Shown in pieces: positions 21,825 to 35,999 of a DNA stretch of 64,000 nt. Position numbers and translations under genes: made by a program. Position 1 is the first letter of the stretch. Every line of letters starts with the position of its first letter. The notes under the pieces were generated by a model, which did no database searches, was not told the origin of the DNA, and saw nothing but the letters and a program-made list of their open reading frames with translations. Origin of the DNA: the human T2T-CHM13v2.0 reference genome, Homo sapiens; NCBI RefSeq assembly GCF_009914755.1, contig NC_060926.1. One strand, given 5' to 3'.

Positions 21825-21990
21825 GCCTTAGAGATAATGTAGTTTAATGCCCTAATTTCACCGATTAGGACACTGAAGCCCAGCAAGGAACGTTGGCTTG
21901 CTCATAGGAACACAGCAACAGATTTCTGAGCAGAACACACGTCTCCTTACTCCTAGACCAGGGCTCTTCTCCACTTCTTTCTGTGTAGCT
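21825..21990 (-). mobile_element. MIR fragment
   Basis: Degenerate MIR core (GGACACTGAAGCCCAG..GGCTTGCTCATAGG). Confidence 0.55.
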
Positions 21991-22059
21991 TGGCCTTAAG
22001 AATCCATAAAGCTGTACAATTTTAGCTTGCAAAATACCTGCTTCACTGTCTACTTACAA

Positions 22060-22300
22060 GAGTTTTAAATTTGAGCCAGCAGAACAAGGTTCAAATCTGG
22101 AGCTTGAGTTGAGGGGTTTTTGTAAATTGGGCAAGTTACTTACTTTTTCTGTATCTTGACTTCTTGATCTGTAAAATAGAAATTATTAAATAGGACTTGG
22201 CTCCTAGGGTTCTTGATTAAAAAATGCAAGTGAATATATGTGAAGTGCTGAGTACAGTGCCTGGTACAGACTAACTACTAAGAATGTTGGCTATCACTAA
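22060..22300 (+). mobile_element. MIR
   Basis: GGTTCAAATC..TTGGGCAAGTTACTT..ATCTGTAAAAT..GTGCTGAGTACAGTGCCTGG. Confidence 0.85.
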
Positions 22301-23491
22301 CATTTTTATTGGGACCTCAGGATGTTGGTCCCAGCCACTCCTCACAGCACTTATTCAAACTTCGTCTAGTCATCAGAGGTATTGTAGATAAAATATGTCA
22401 GCAACTAAGAGGAGAACCTGGCATCCTTTTCTAAATATATGATGTATTGATTTTGATACTGGAAATGTGGGGAAGATAGAATCTGCAAAAACTCAGATGA
22501 TGGATGGAAAGTAATAAGAAAATTGAAGTAAGGCATTTGAGAAAATAGTATTTTTTCAAGACTATTAGATCAGAATCATAATTTTAGATGCAATGTGATG
22601 AGGGCCTAGATGAAAGATGCTAGTAGATGAAATGGGAAGAACAGATATGAGGGTTATATTATGATGAAAACAAATGACTGGACCTGACAGTACACTTTAT
22701 ATATTGTGAAGGGTGGTGGAGTGCTAGAAGAAAGAAGATGTCAAGTTACAGCTAATCATTAATTCTTCTTGTTTCTACCAATGTTCATGAACTTTTCATG
22801 CTCTGGTGAGAGATACAATGTATCTTGTTTGTACCCAGAGGGCATGATTCCAATGATGATTATAACCTAATTTAAGGTAGATTTTACTGTCTTTTCATAA
22901 TGAGAAGCAGGCATGGATATTTCCCAGCATTTAAAACCAAAATAAATTAGATTACTTAATTTTTGAGGACCATTTCTGAAAAACTTTGTAGTCATTTAAT
23001 TTTTCCCCATGATTCTTCGTGATGGAAATTAAGAGACTCGAGTGGAATATTGACATTTCTATCAAGATTTTAACTGGAAAACCAAAGAACTAGTCTGCTG
23101 AAGGGCTTGAAGAAGACCCTCATGTTTGCACTGTTTGTGTTTCAGTTGCTCTTGATGATTCCTCTTTTACTGTCAGTTTACAATGTTGCGTTTTTCAAAC
23201 CTGGAGGGCTTTAAGTGGAGCACTCACTTTGGGTTTACTATATAATTTTCCTTCAAAGCCACTCTTGAGAGGTTCTGGTCAGTTATTATTTTGACAAGAA
23301 TGTTTGTGTGCATGTGTGTAATGTGGAGAAGGATTCATTCAAAATCCACCGAGACCTCAAGCTTATGCACACAGGCTGTTCCTGTGAATCACTGGGTCTT
23401 TCATTAGACCCAAAGGGTATGCTGGTAGGTCTTAGCAAATAATAATGTAGAACATAGAATCTGAAACTCAGCCTAGATTTCAATCAAATCG

Positions 23492-25819
23492 TGGTATTAG
23501 TTTGCTAGGGTTGCCATGAAAAATACCACAGATTGAGTGTCTTAAACAACAGAAATTTATATTCTCACAGTTGTGGAGGCTACAAGTCCAAGATCAAGAT
23601 ATCAGCAGATTTGGTTTCTTCAGAAGCCTCTCTCCTTGGCTTACAGATGGCCACCTTTTCACTGAGTTCTCACATGGTCTTTCCTCTCTGTGTTCTCCTC
23701 TCCTCCCATCCCTGATATTTATCTGTGTGTTCTAATCTTCTATTCTTATGACTGTGACTTCCCACCAGTCACATTGGATTAGGTTGTATCCTAAAGGCCT
23801 CATCTTAACTTAATTACCTCTTCAGAGACCCCATCTCCACATACAGCCATATTGTAAGGTAGTGGGGCTAGGGTTTCAATGTATTTTCAGGGGACACAAA
23901 GCAGCCCGTTAACACTCCACCCTTGGGACCCTCAAAACTCACATCCTTTTCACAAGCAAAATACATTCACCTCCATCCCAACAGCCCCTAAGTCTTAATC
24001 CATCCCAGCATCAACTCTACGTCTAAAGTCTTATCCATATATCATCTAAGTCAGGTATGGGTAATATTAAAGTATGATTTATCTTGATGCAAAATTCCTT
24101 TCAGCTGTGAACCTGTCAAACCAGACAAGTTATCTGTTTCCAAAATACGATAGGAGAGGCATTGTCTAGACATTACAATTCCAAAAGCAGGGAATCAGAC
24201 AGAAGAAAGAGGTCATAGGTTCCAGGCAAGCCCAAAAACTAGGGCAAATTCCATTAGATTTTAAAGCTGGAGAATAACCTTTTTGGTTTGATGTTGTTTT
24301 CCAGGCTGGCCCACTGGGATGGAAGCATTGTCCCTGTAAACTGTGGCTGCAGCCCTCCCCCTGAGTGAGCAGCCCTGCCTCCGAGGTCCCAAGTAGCCTC
24401 TCCTTGATGTTGTAAGTGGGCATCCCTGCCTCTGAGGTCCCGAGTGGGTAGCCTCTCGTCTGAGGTTCTGAGTGAGCAGCCCAGCCTCTGAGATCCCAAG
24501 TGGGCAGCCCTGCCTCCATGGTCCCGATTGGCCACTCCTCTGAGGTCCCTAGTGAGCAGCCTAACCTGCTAAAATGGAGGAGGTGGCCCCACCCTCTGAA
24601 ACCAAGTAGGATACAGCCTCAGTTCTCCTAGCACCCCCTACGACTTCTGCAGCCACTGTGGCAGTGCAGTCTTGCTTATTTCTGAATCACCTTTGGGATC
24701 ATTTTCCAGAAGGATAATGCATGTTCACAGGCTGATTGCTCTGTTGCCCCATCCTGTAGAATCTAAGAAGTCCAAATGCCTTCCTTCGTTTTGTACCATC
24801 TCTGTCCATTTCAGTCCAAGCTGTCAGAGTTTCTGCTGAGATGTTTGATTAGATATATGAGTCACATTCTTACTAATCTCTTTATCAAATGGTTGTCCAG
24901 TCAAATCCTGGATGTTCTCTTCAGAACATGTTTTATCTTTTATTTATTTATTTATTTTTGCAATATGGATAGGCTGATAATTTTCCAAATCTTCAAGTTC
25001 TGGTCCCTTTTTGCATAACAATTTCTTCTTTGATTTATCTTTCTCCTCTTGCCTTTTACTGTAAAGTAGCAAAAAGAAACTAAGCCACACCTTTAGCACT
25101 TTGTTTAGACATCTCTGCTACTAAATATCCAAGCTCATCACTCACAAGTTCTACCTTCCACACACACTAGAACACAACTCAGCCCAGTTCTTTGTCATTT
25201 TATAATGAGTGTCTTTCATCAAGCATCAAATAATAACATGTTCCTCATTTACATCTGCACCAACAGAACCTTCAGTATCCATATTTCTACCAACAGTCTC
25301 TTTAAGGCAATCTAGGCTTTTTGTAACATTTGCCCTAAAACTTTTCCAGCTTCTAACCATTATCCTATTTCAATGCCACTTCCACATTATTAGGTGTATA
25401 CTACAGCAGTACCTTGCTTCACTGTACCAAAATCTGTATTAGCTTGCTAGAGCTGCCATAACAAAATGCCACAAACTGGGTGGGTGGCTTAAACAACAGT
25501 AACTAATTTCCTCATAATTCTGGGGGGCATAAGTCTAAGATCAAGGTAATGTCAGGTTTCGTTTCTTCTCAGTCTTCACACCCTGGCTTTCAGATAGCTA
25601 CCTTCTGTGTCTTATTTCTGTATGTGTATCCCTCTGTGTGTCTTAATTTCCTCTTCCTATAAAGACACCAGTCATATTCAATTAGGGCCCTTCCTACTGG
25701 TCTCATTCTAAGTTAATTACTACTTTAAAAGCCCTGTCTCCAAATAGAGTCACATTCTATGGTACCAGGGATAGGGCTTCAACATATAAATTTTGGAAGG
25801 ACACATTCAGACCATAACA
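23492..25819 (-). mobile_element. Complete MaLR element: MLT1B-like LTR (23492-23914), MLT-int (23915-25434), LTR (25435-25819)
   Basis: Two same-orientation homologous LTRs (GTATTAGTTTGCTAGGGTTGCCA / TGTATTAGCTTGCTAGAGCTGCCA ... GGACACA..CAG..TAACA) bracket a 1.5-kb internal region that begins CTCCACCCTTGG..CCCAACAGCCCC and ends GTACCAAAATC. Confidence 0.9.
24363..24567. repeat. 28-bp GC-rich minisatellite, ~7.5 copies (RAGTGRGCAGCCCTGCCTCTGAGGTCCC)
   Basis: Units start at 24363, 24391, 24414, 24442, 24470, 24498, 24526 and 24550, read directly. Confidence 0.9.
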
Positions 25820-26267
25820 AATTCTTATATCTTTTTCTGGGTAAATATGTGAGTAAAATACCTCATGGTTTATATTTTTTCTGAAGTATTTCAGATATCA
25901 TTGAATACATTCTTACTGGGCGCCTTTTAAATTTGTGATGATCCTACCTGATCTCTAGTCTTGAAGCGACCATAGGGAAAAGGAGAACAAAATACCAGTG
26001 ACTCACTCCCACCAGCTGGTTGGCAATTTCAGCCTCTCCAATTACATACTCCTTTATGATTCAAAAGTAGGGGGTGTCTTGGGGTGTGTGACAGTTACCA
26101 TATTCTGATTCAAATGGGATCTTGGCTGTCTGATAAAGGTTGTAATTATTGCTGAACCTGTTCCCAGTACTGCTGGGACTTTGTTTACTCCACAGCCAAA
26201 TCAGCTACTGATTGGATTCCCATTTCTCTTTTTCTGCTTCAGCTATCTCAGAACCAGTGTTATAGGG

Positions 26268-26739
26268 TGTGTTAGTTTCCTAGGGTGACCTTAACAAATT
26301 ACCATAAACCGGATGGTCTTAAAACAACAGAAATTTATTCTCTCACAGTTGTGGAGGCTAGAAGTCTAAAATCAAGGTTTCAGCCAGATTGGTTCCTTCT
26401 GGAGGCTCTGAGGAAGAATTCTTCTTTGCCTCTTCTAGTTTCTGGTGGTGACTGTCAATCTTTAGTGTTCCTTGGCTTGCAGTTGTATCACTTCAATCTC
26501 TGTTTCTGTCATCACATGGCATTCTCCCTGTGTTCCTCTGTACTCCTGTGTCTTTACATGACCTGACCTTCTTGTAGGGGTAATAGTCATTGAGTTTAGT
26601 GCCTATTTAATCCAGTATAGCCTCATTTTAACTTGAGTACAACTTCAAAGACCCTATTTCCAAATAAGGTCACCTTCAGAGCTTCCAGAAATTATGGCTT
26701 CAACATATATTTTAAGGGGATACAATTATACCCACCACA
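26268..26739 (-). mobile_element. MaLR solo LTR (MLT1C/D-like)
   Basis: TGTGTTAGTTTCCTAGGG..AAAACAACAGAAATTTATTCTCTCACAG..GGGGATACAATTATACCCACCACA. Confidence 0.88.
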
Positions 26740-27089
26740 CAATGCCTTTCTGTCCCTTTTTCTTTAGGGTTGATGTTGCTAGGGATGGTTGTTGAATTCA
26801 CAATTTTACTATTCTATCAAGCTTTTTCATTCTTTCTGCAATTGATACTATGATGATAGAATTGACAAGACACGGTGGCTGACTTGAAAAAGGTGGAGGT
26901 AATAAATGAAGAATCAGATGGTTTCAAGCTATGGTGACCATCCTGAAAGCCCAGACAATCCCTGAAACAGGCTTGAAGAAGGGATTATCAGCCCATCCCC
27001 AAGACAGACTTGAAGTATGAATTATATGCAGGGTACATAGGTAAGGCTCTTAACTCTAGCAACTCCTACAATCAAACAAAGCATTACAT

Positions 27090-28434
<1,345 letters not shown>

Positions 28435-28849
28435 GGGTACAAGATTTTTATTAGCTTTTTCTTTTGTTTTTGTTTTTTATTTCTGTGACCCATGGCTACA
28501 TAAGACAAGATCTTAGAATAATAATTGAGATTTTGACTTTGCGCACTTCCTTCCATAACCCTCTTTGCGTGAGCCAGTGACTCACAAAATTATTTTTACT
28601 ATTGAAAAAGCAATAATACATGATTTACCCCAATAAATAACACATTTATTCAGCAGAATGGTCTGGCTTTAGTGCAGAATTAGCTACATATATTTTTAGT
28701 CAATTATCTTTTAGGTTGTATTTAAAATATTTAAAGTTGTTTATGCATCAATATTCAGACCTTGCGTGTGTGTTTAGTTAGGCTTCCTAGTAGAAAATAT
28801 GAAATCTCTATGCATACAGCTATAATGAATGTAGATATAGTCAGCATGA

Positions 28850-29060
28850 TGAAGTATAAGAAGCATGCACTTGGGTCAAGACTGAGTTCAGCTTTGGCTC
28901 TGCTTTCACTGGTTATGTGGCCCTGTGCAAACTGCTGGACCTCTATGAGCCTCTCTCTCCCTAGCCCTCAAGCGGGGAAGATGGTAAGTCCTTAAGAGGT
29001 TTATTATTAGAATTAGAAGAGATTATGCATGTAAATGGCTCAGTGTGAACCCAGTCATTG
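28850..29060 (+). mobile_element. MIR
   Basis: GAGTTCAGC..GGCTCTGCTTTCACT..CTCTATGAGCCTC..GAATTAGAAGAGATTATGCATGTAAA. Confidence 0.75.
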
Positions 29061-29127
29061 TTAATCCCCTTTCCTCTGTTTAGAGAAAATTGCTTAACAA
29101 AAAACAACAACAAAAAAAATGAGTAAT

Positions 29128-29840
29128 TTTTCTTAACTTTTTATTGTGAAATATAAAACACAAATAGAAGTGTGGATAAGACATAACTATATAGCTTAAT
29201 AGATTAAATATTGCCCAATAGGCTAATATATAGAATATCACGTCCAGAAATTATACATTATTGGTGCTCCCAAATCCTGTGTTCTGAAGGCTGTTTCCCA
29301 TCCACAGTTCCCTCCCTCCCCAGAGTGTTACCACTGTTTTGATTTCTCTGGTAATGTTACCCATCCTCTTCTGAGAGTTTAAAATTTAAGAATGCAAGTC
29401 TTCACATTATAATTAACTTTTGCATGTTTTTGATGAAATCAGATGGTATGTATTCTTTGCTGTCTGGTTTCTCTTACTCAAAATTTTATATTTGGAAGTT
29501 TATCCATGTTTTCACAAATGTCTGCAGTACTCCTTTTAATTGCATGTAGTAATCCAGATTATGAGCATATTTATAAGTTATCTAGTTTATTCTTGATAGC
29601 ATTTTTTTCCCAATGTGGGGTTATCATAAATAACACTACTGTCCTTCTTATTCTTATTCTTATGCACGTTCGTTGGAGCACATGTGCACTTATTTCTTCA
29701 GGGTATATCCTAGGAGTAAATATGCATATCATGCACACGAACTTTACTAGATAATCCTACAATGTTTCCAAAGTGGCTTTAACAATTTGTATTTCCACCA
29801 GCAGTTTAGGAGAGTTCCTGTGGTTTCATGTCCTCACATG
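29128..29840 (-). mobile_element. Old LINE-1 3' end (L1MC/L1ME-type)
   Basis: TTTTTATTGTGAAATATAA start; GGGTATATCCTAGGAGT and TTTCCAAAGTGG..CCACCAGCAGT ORF2-end motifs. Confidence 0.75.
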
Positions 29841-30611
29841 ATTTCCTTTTTCACAACAAAGTTTGTGAACAGCAAATTGGCTTTCTTTATATTGAAAACA
29901 AAACAATACTAAAAAAAAAGTAGGAAAATAAGTCACTTAAGGAAAACAAAAACACGTTATTTCATTGAAATGAATTTAAGAAATGTGACATAATAGCTGC
30001 TGGTATTATAGAAAGATAATCACCCTTGCCCCTTTCTTCTTCCCTTAGTGCTGAAGAAACCCAGCGTATCTGATTACCTTCAATACCCCAGGGCAGTAAT
30101 TATTCCACGTAACAGCACTGAGGCACCCAGAGTGTTGTTATCAATTTCCTCTTAGCACTATAGCTAAACACATTAACTGAGGACTTTGTCAACCATGAGG
30201 TCTATAGGGATTAATCTGCCTTTCTCAGTATATAATTGACAGTCGAAATGTTTTTGGAATCTATTTTACATTATTTTCCTCAAGAGTCCAGGAAAAATTT
30301 CTTGTTACAGAAGACCAAAAATATAGAGTAGAGGATTTCATTGAATGATAAATGAAACTGAAATCCATAAATGTGTTTCCAAAAGGATTGCTGGAGAAGG
30401 TTAAAAAAAATTATATTTTCCGATTATATCTGCATTCCTAGAGTTTAAATGTTTCCCAAACAAATACAAAGACCTGTATCGATATTTTTCCTTTAAAAAT
30501 GATGATCGGGTGGTGACCTGAAAGCAGAATGTTGAAATGTATTTAAACATATGTATTCCAATATTTTGTTTATATGTCTTTATAATTACTTATTCATTAA
30601 TTTGTTATTAC

Positions 30612-31547
30612 TATTATTTTTTAAGAGTTGGGGTCTCACTGTGTCACCCAGGCTGGAGTGCAGTGGCACTATCAGAGCTCACTGCAGCCTTGAACTCCTT
30701 GGCTCAAGCAATCCTTGCACCTCTCAGTTAATTTTTTTTAATGTTTTTAGAGACAAGGTCTCCCTGTTTTGACCAGGTTGGTCTTGAACTCCTGGCCTTG
30801 ATAGTGGCGGTAAATCTGTATGTGTCTGTTGCAGCCTCAATTCTTGCCTCCTCAGAAGAAAGAATTCGACTGAGGGGCATCAGGCAGGAGAGACCGAGGA
30901 GAGTTTTAGAGCAGGAGTGAAAGTTTATCAAAAAGCTTTAGAGCAGGAACAAAAGGAAGGAAAGTATACTTGGAAGAAGGCCAAGTGGGCAACTTGAAAG
31001 GCAAGTGCATGGTTTGACCTTTTGATTTGGGGTTTTATATGTTGGCATACTTTTGGGGTTTTGTGTTCCTTCCCCCCTGATTCTTCTCTTGGCATGGGCT
31101 GTCCCCATGTTCAATGGCCTGCTAGTGTTTGGGAGCGGAGCATGCACGGTGTGTTTACTGGAGTTCTAAGCATGCTCACTTGAGGTGTTCTTCCCTTACC
31201 AATCTATCATTCCTAGAGGAAGGTCATATACCAGTTAAACTCCACCATTTTGCCTCTTAGTGCACATGCTTGAGCTCACTTACCCAACTCCTGAGATCTT
31301 ACTGAGAAGCTACTGATCACCAGTTTCAGGTTTTTGCTACTTATAGGAAGACTGCCTTCCTCTGGCTCTGGCTGCAACCTATTACTATTTTAGAGAAACA
31401 GAGTAACAGCTGCCTGACCATCACCTGATGGTTGCCAGATATTCCTGGTTGGGAGTGGCCGTCTCCTTTGTCTGAGTAGCTACCTACTGTAACAGCCTCA
31501 AGGGATCCTCCTGCCTCAGTCTCAAGAGTAGCTGGGATTATAGGCCA
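30612..31547 (-). mobile_element. AluJ split by MER50 (pieces 30612-30798 and 31495-31547)
   Basis: GGTCTCACTGTGTCACCCAGGCTGGAGTGCAGTGG..GCAGCCTTGAACTCC; resumes CAAGGGATCCTCCTGCCTCAG after the LTR; ~40 bp of the right arm are missing. Confidence 0.88.
30799..31494 (-). mobile_element. ERV1 solo LTR, MER50-like
   Basis: TG..CA termini; CCTCAATTCTTGCCTCCTCAGAAGAAAGAATTCGACTGAGGGGCAT motif; perfect 4-bp TSD GCCT (30795-30798 and 31495-31498), typical of ERV1. Confidence 0.9.
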
Positions 31548-31710
31548 TCCTATAATTATAATATGTTATCTTATATTTACTTTGTGCTGTCTAACTAACA
31601 AGCCATTTTTCCTATCTTCTTCCAATTTTCTTTTCTCTGAGAATTTTCACTTACACAGACTCTGTTTTCTCCTTAGTTTATCATATATAACTTTGTAATT
31701 ATGAAAATAT

Positions 31711-31950
31711 TAATAATAGCTACCAATTATTCAGTCTTATCTAGTCACTGACATTTTGCAGAATGTTTGGCATAGATTGTCATTTTTTGATGTAAACTCT
31801 AGGAGACAGGCATAATTATTTCCACACTTCAAATGAAGATACAAAGCTCAGAGAAGTCACAGCGACTTGTTCTAGATCACACAGCCAGATGTACAATTAC
31901 CTCTCTCTGAATCCTAAGACAGCATTTGTTCCACTGCATTCTACTGGCTC
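31711..31950 (-). mobile_element. MIR
   Basis: TAATAATAGCTACC..AAATGAAGATACAAAGCTCAGAGAAGTC..GACTTGTTCTAGATCACACAGC. Confidence 0.8.
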
Positions 31951-31969
31951 CCTGAAATGCCTGTTTTTC

Positions 31970-32080
31970 TTGGTATTTCTCACTAGGAGAAACATTGGCA
32001 TTTGGGCTGTGTGATTCTTGCTTATTTGGAAGTGTTCCATGCATTGCAGTGTTTAGCATTAGCACTCCTACCCTACTTCT
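31970..32080 (-). mobile_element. MER20 (hAT-Charlie) fragment
   Basis: TTTCTCA..ATTGGCATTTGGGC..ATTCTT..TCCATGCATTGCAGTGTTTAGCA matches the MER20 end. Confidence 0.6.
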
Positions 32081-32751
32081 AACTCTTGCAAGGGACATGG
32101 ATGGTGGTGAACCTACTCTCCGTGGTTCATCGTGGACTAAGGTGGTCCAATAAGGTCATGGACCTATCATCTCTGGACTCATTTATTTTCCCTATCAGAC
32201 TGTGAGCCCTTCAGAGGCAATGACTACATATTATGCATCTTGTCCTTTTTGAATGTTTATACACAAAAAAGGAAATGTAATGAACATTTATTGAATGGTT
32301 ACTGAATATTAATGTTGAAAAGAAAAACAATGTCCAGTGGTGCGATCTTGGCTCACTTGCTTCAGAAGGTGACCTGCAGCTAATTCTGTTTAGCTTTACT
32401 CTTTCTGATCACTTCATTCTTTTACGTGCTGTAAATTTTTTTTATCCCTTTAACTCCCTCTTTTCCGTCATCATTTTGGCTGTCATCACTTCCTTTATGC
32501 AAGGAATGCTCAAGTTACTAAGGGAAGAAAGGGGTATACAGATAGAAGGAAATAACTTGGAAACAAACATTTAATGAAAAATACTGTAACAATAATATAT
32601 CTATCTACACACAGAGCCAAATGTGGGAGTTGACTCCCTCATCTGGAATGTATTGAATTACCTGCTGACAGATAGCAGAGAGGAACCCCGTCTTTCTCTG
32701 TGTTGTGGAAGAAACAGAGTTATGAAGTGTGCCCCTTTGGAATTTACTAGG

Positions 32752-33479
<728 letters not shown>

Positions 33480-33519
33480 GTAGGTTTCAACTAGCTAATC
33501 ATCGAGGAGCACCCTATGT

Positions 33520-33699
33520 TAGGATTTCCAGGTTTAGCAAATAAAAATATAGGAATCCCAGTTAAATTTGAATTTCAGATAAAACAATAGGTTTTTTAGC
33601 ATATATTAAACAAAATTTGAGACATACTTACGTTGTTTTATGTTAGCTATCTAAAAGTCAAATTAAATTTGGCATCCTGTATTTTATCTGGCAATGCCA
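33520..33699 (+). mobile_element. MER53 palindromic MITE
   Basis: TAGGATTTCCAGGTTTAGCAAATAAAAATATAGG..CCAGTTAAATTTGAATTTCAGATA ... TCCTGTATTTTATCTGGCAA inverted structure. Confidence 0.9.
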
Positions 33700-34335
33700 A
33701 CTTGAGCTAATCTGGTTAAAAATGAGTTTATTGCTCATTTATTAAAGGCATAGCCAGTTATTACCAACAATAGGTCAGCGCAATTGTAGGTATAAAATGT
33801 TTCTCCTTGACTGCTCCAAGACAGGCAGGACTCACAAGTCAGGGTGTGCAAGGCCTCTCTGGAAGTTGCCTGTGTGTTTACCACTGGAGAGGACTAGGTA
33901 CTACTGCCAGGAGAATTGTCTGTTGCCACTTGCTTCTGAAGCCCAGTCCTATGCTAACCCAGTCCAGCCCAGACCAGTCCCAGCTGCCATCACCTGTTCA
34001 AAAAAAAAAAAAAGTTTGTTTCATTTATTATGCTGCTATTGACTCAGATTTCTTATTATTTGGTTGACATCAGTCTAACCATATTCCAAGCCTGCCCTGG
34101 GTCCTGCATCTGCTTGCTTTCTGATTTAATATAATTATAAATTAGAAACCATTTCTGAAATAATTACACCTACCATCTGAGCCCCACACTTATTCACAAG
34201 CTGAGCAAGTGTTCACCTGGCTGTCTATGCTACACCTTTATCTCACTGGCCTCAGAACTGTCTGAGTACTCCTCTGTCAACATGACTCAACCAAATGTAA
34301 TCACAAATGGAGTGGTTTGGAAATTATGATGCGAG

Positions 34336-34790
34336 TGCATCAGTTATCTATTGACACAATGATGCTGAATAACAACCAACCACAAAATCTCAGTGGCATG
34401 CAACATTAACATATCATTTAGCTCATGAGTCTGGGGGGTTCAGCTAATCTAGTCTACTGAGGATCTGGGCTGTGCTTGCTCATGTGTCTGTGGTCTGCTG
34501 TGCTTCTGCAAGGCAGAGCTGTTATGTCAGTGGGCTGTGGGCTGAACTAGCACAGTTTGGTTTCACCTGGGAAAACTGACCTGTCTCCTATTTTTCATCT
34601 TTCAATAGGTAGGCCAGGGCACGCTCTTATGGTACCAGCACAGGGCGAGATTGAGCAGAAATGTATGGGCACTTTTCAAGCTTTCCTGAGTCAGACTTGT
34701 TAATGTTCCATTGGCTGATGGAAATCACGGTGTCAGTCCAAATTCAAGAAGTGGGAAAATAGACTCTGCCATTTTGCTAAGAGAGTCTTG
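34336..34790 (-). mobile_element. Old MaLR LTR (MLT1G/H-like)
   Basis: CAGTTATCTATTG..AAAATCTCAGTGGC..CCATTGGC..GGGAAAATAGACTCTGCC. Confidence 0.72.
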
Positions 34791-35192
34791 GAAGGAGATC
34801 ACGGTGGTAAAAGTTGAGATTGGGTTTGGGGAGTGAGTATCTAGAGGGAAATGAGACTGGAGAATTTGGAAAGGACAGTCCAGGACTTGCCAGCCTTTTT
34901 GAAAAAAGAACTACTTAGCAAATCCTTCTTATCTTATAGTCATTTTAGTATATCATAGTAGTTTTGTCACTTATTTCTGAATATTACTTTCTCCAATTGT
35001 AACATGAGGGAATTGAATTAAATAAAAACTTAATAACTTTGAGATTGATCCAGCTAACAAATATAGATTTTTTTGGCCAAAATAGCGTTAATTAGTACTC
35101 TAAAATGCTTTATGGTAATATCTGTTCTTCAAGTTTCCACAAGTTTGTAATCTTAATCTTTAAACTTGCTGCCTCACACATTTATATTTTCT

Positions 35193-35506
35193 TCTTCTCT
35201 TTTTTTTTAACCTTCTTCACATTTATTTTTTAACTTTTATGTTCAGGGGTACATATGCAGGTTTGTTATATAGGTAAACTGTGTGTCACAGGAGTTTGGT
35301 ATACAGATTATTTTGTTACCCAGGTAATCAGCATTGTATCCCATAGGTAATTTTTTGATCCTCACCCTCCTCCCCTCCTCCACCCTGAAGTAGGCCATGG
35401 TGTCTGCTGTTCCCTTCTCCATGTTCATGGGTACTCAATGTTTATAAGTGAGAATGTGAGGTATTTGGTCTTCTGTTCCTGGGTTAGTTTGCTTAGTTTA
35501 ATGACC
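35193..35506 (-). mobile_element. 5'-truncated LINE-1 3' end (L1PA15/16-like)
   Basis: TTCAGGGGTACATATGCAGGTTTGTTATATAGGTAAAC..CACCCTGAAGTAGGCC; 12-bp TSD TTTATATTTTCT at 35181-35192 and 35507-35518. Confidence 0.88.
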
Positions 35507-35999
35507 TTTATATTTTCTATGTAGCTCTTAAGGTATTTGAATTGGCAGGTCCACAGTTAGGATATTTTAAAATTTTCTTTCAGTTCTGTGTTTCTCATCA
35601 TCAGAGAAGCATGCATATAAATTTGGGAGGCATTTATTGGAGAGGTAAAACAGCATAAGTGAAAAAATATTTTACATAATCCCTATGAAAATATCAGTGG
35701 ATCAAGAACAATTTCAGGCTGGCAACAGAACAACTAAGTTGCTTAATTAAGGGAGGCAACATTATTGCGGCCAAGATGACAATGGATTCTTGTCTATTTA
35801 CCTGTCCCAGGAGAACAAAATTCTGATAATTGAGAAGAATGTAAGTGAATGAGGCCTGTGGAAATTAAAACTAACTCCAACTGAAAGCACTATAGACCCA
35901 GGGTTAGGAAATGTTCTTTACCTTTTCTTTTAAATGTAATACTTCTCTTTTAATTTAAATCTAACTCCTTGATTTTCTTAAAAGTTCTTTTTTGTAGTC

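Noticed and set aside
24363-24567. 28-bp repeats resembling a CRISPR array
   Set aside because: Units are head-to-tail with no unique spacers, lie in a MaLR internal region of a primate genome, and there are no cas genes.
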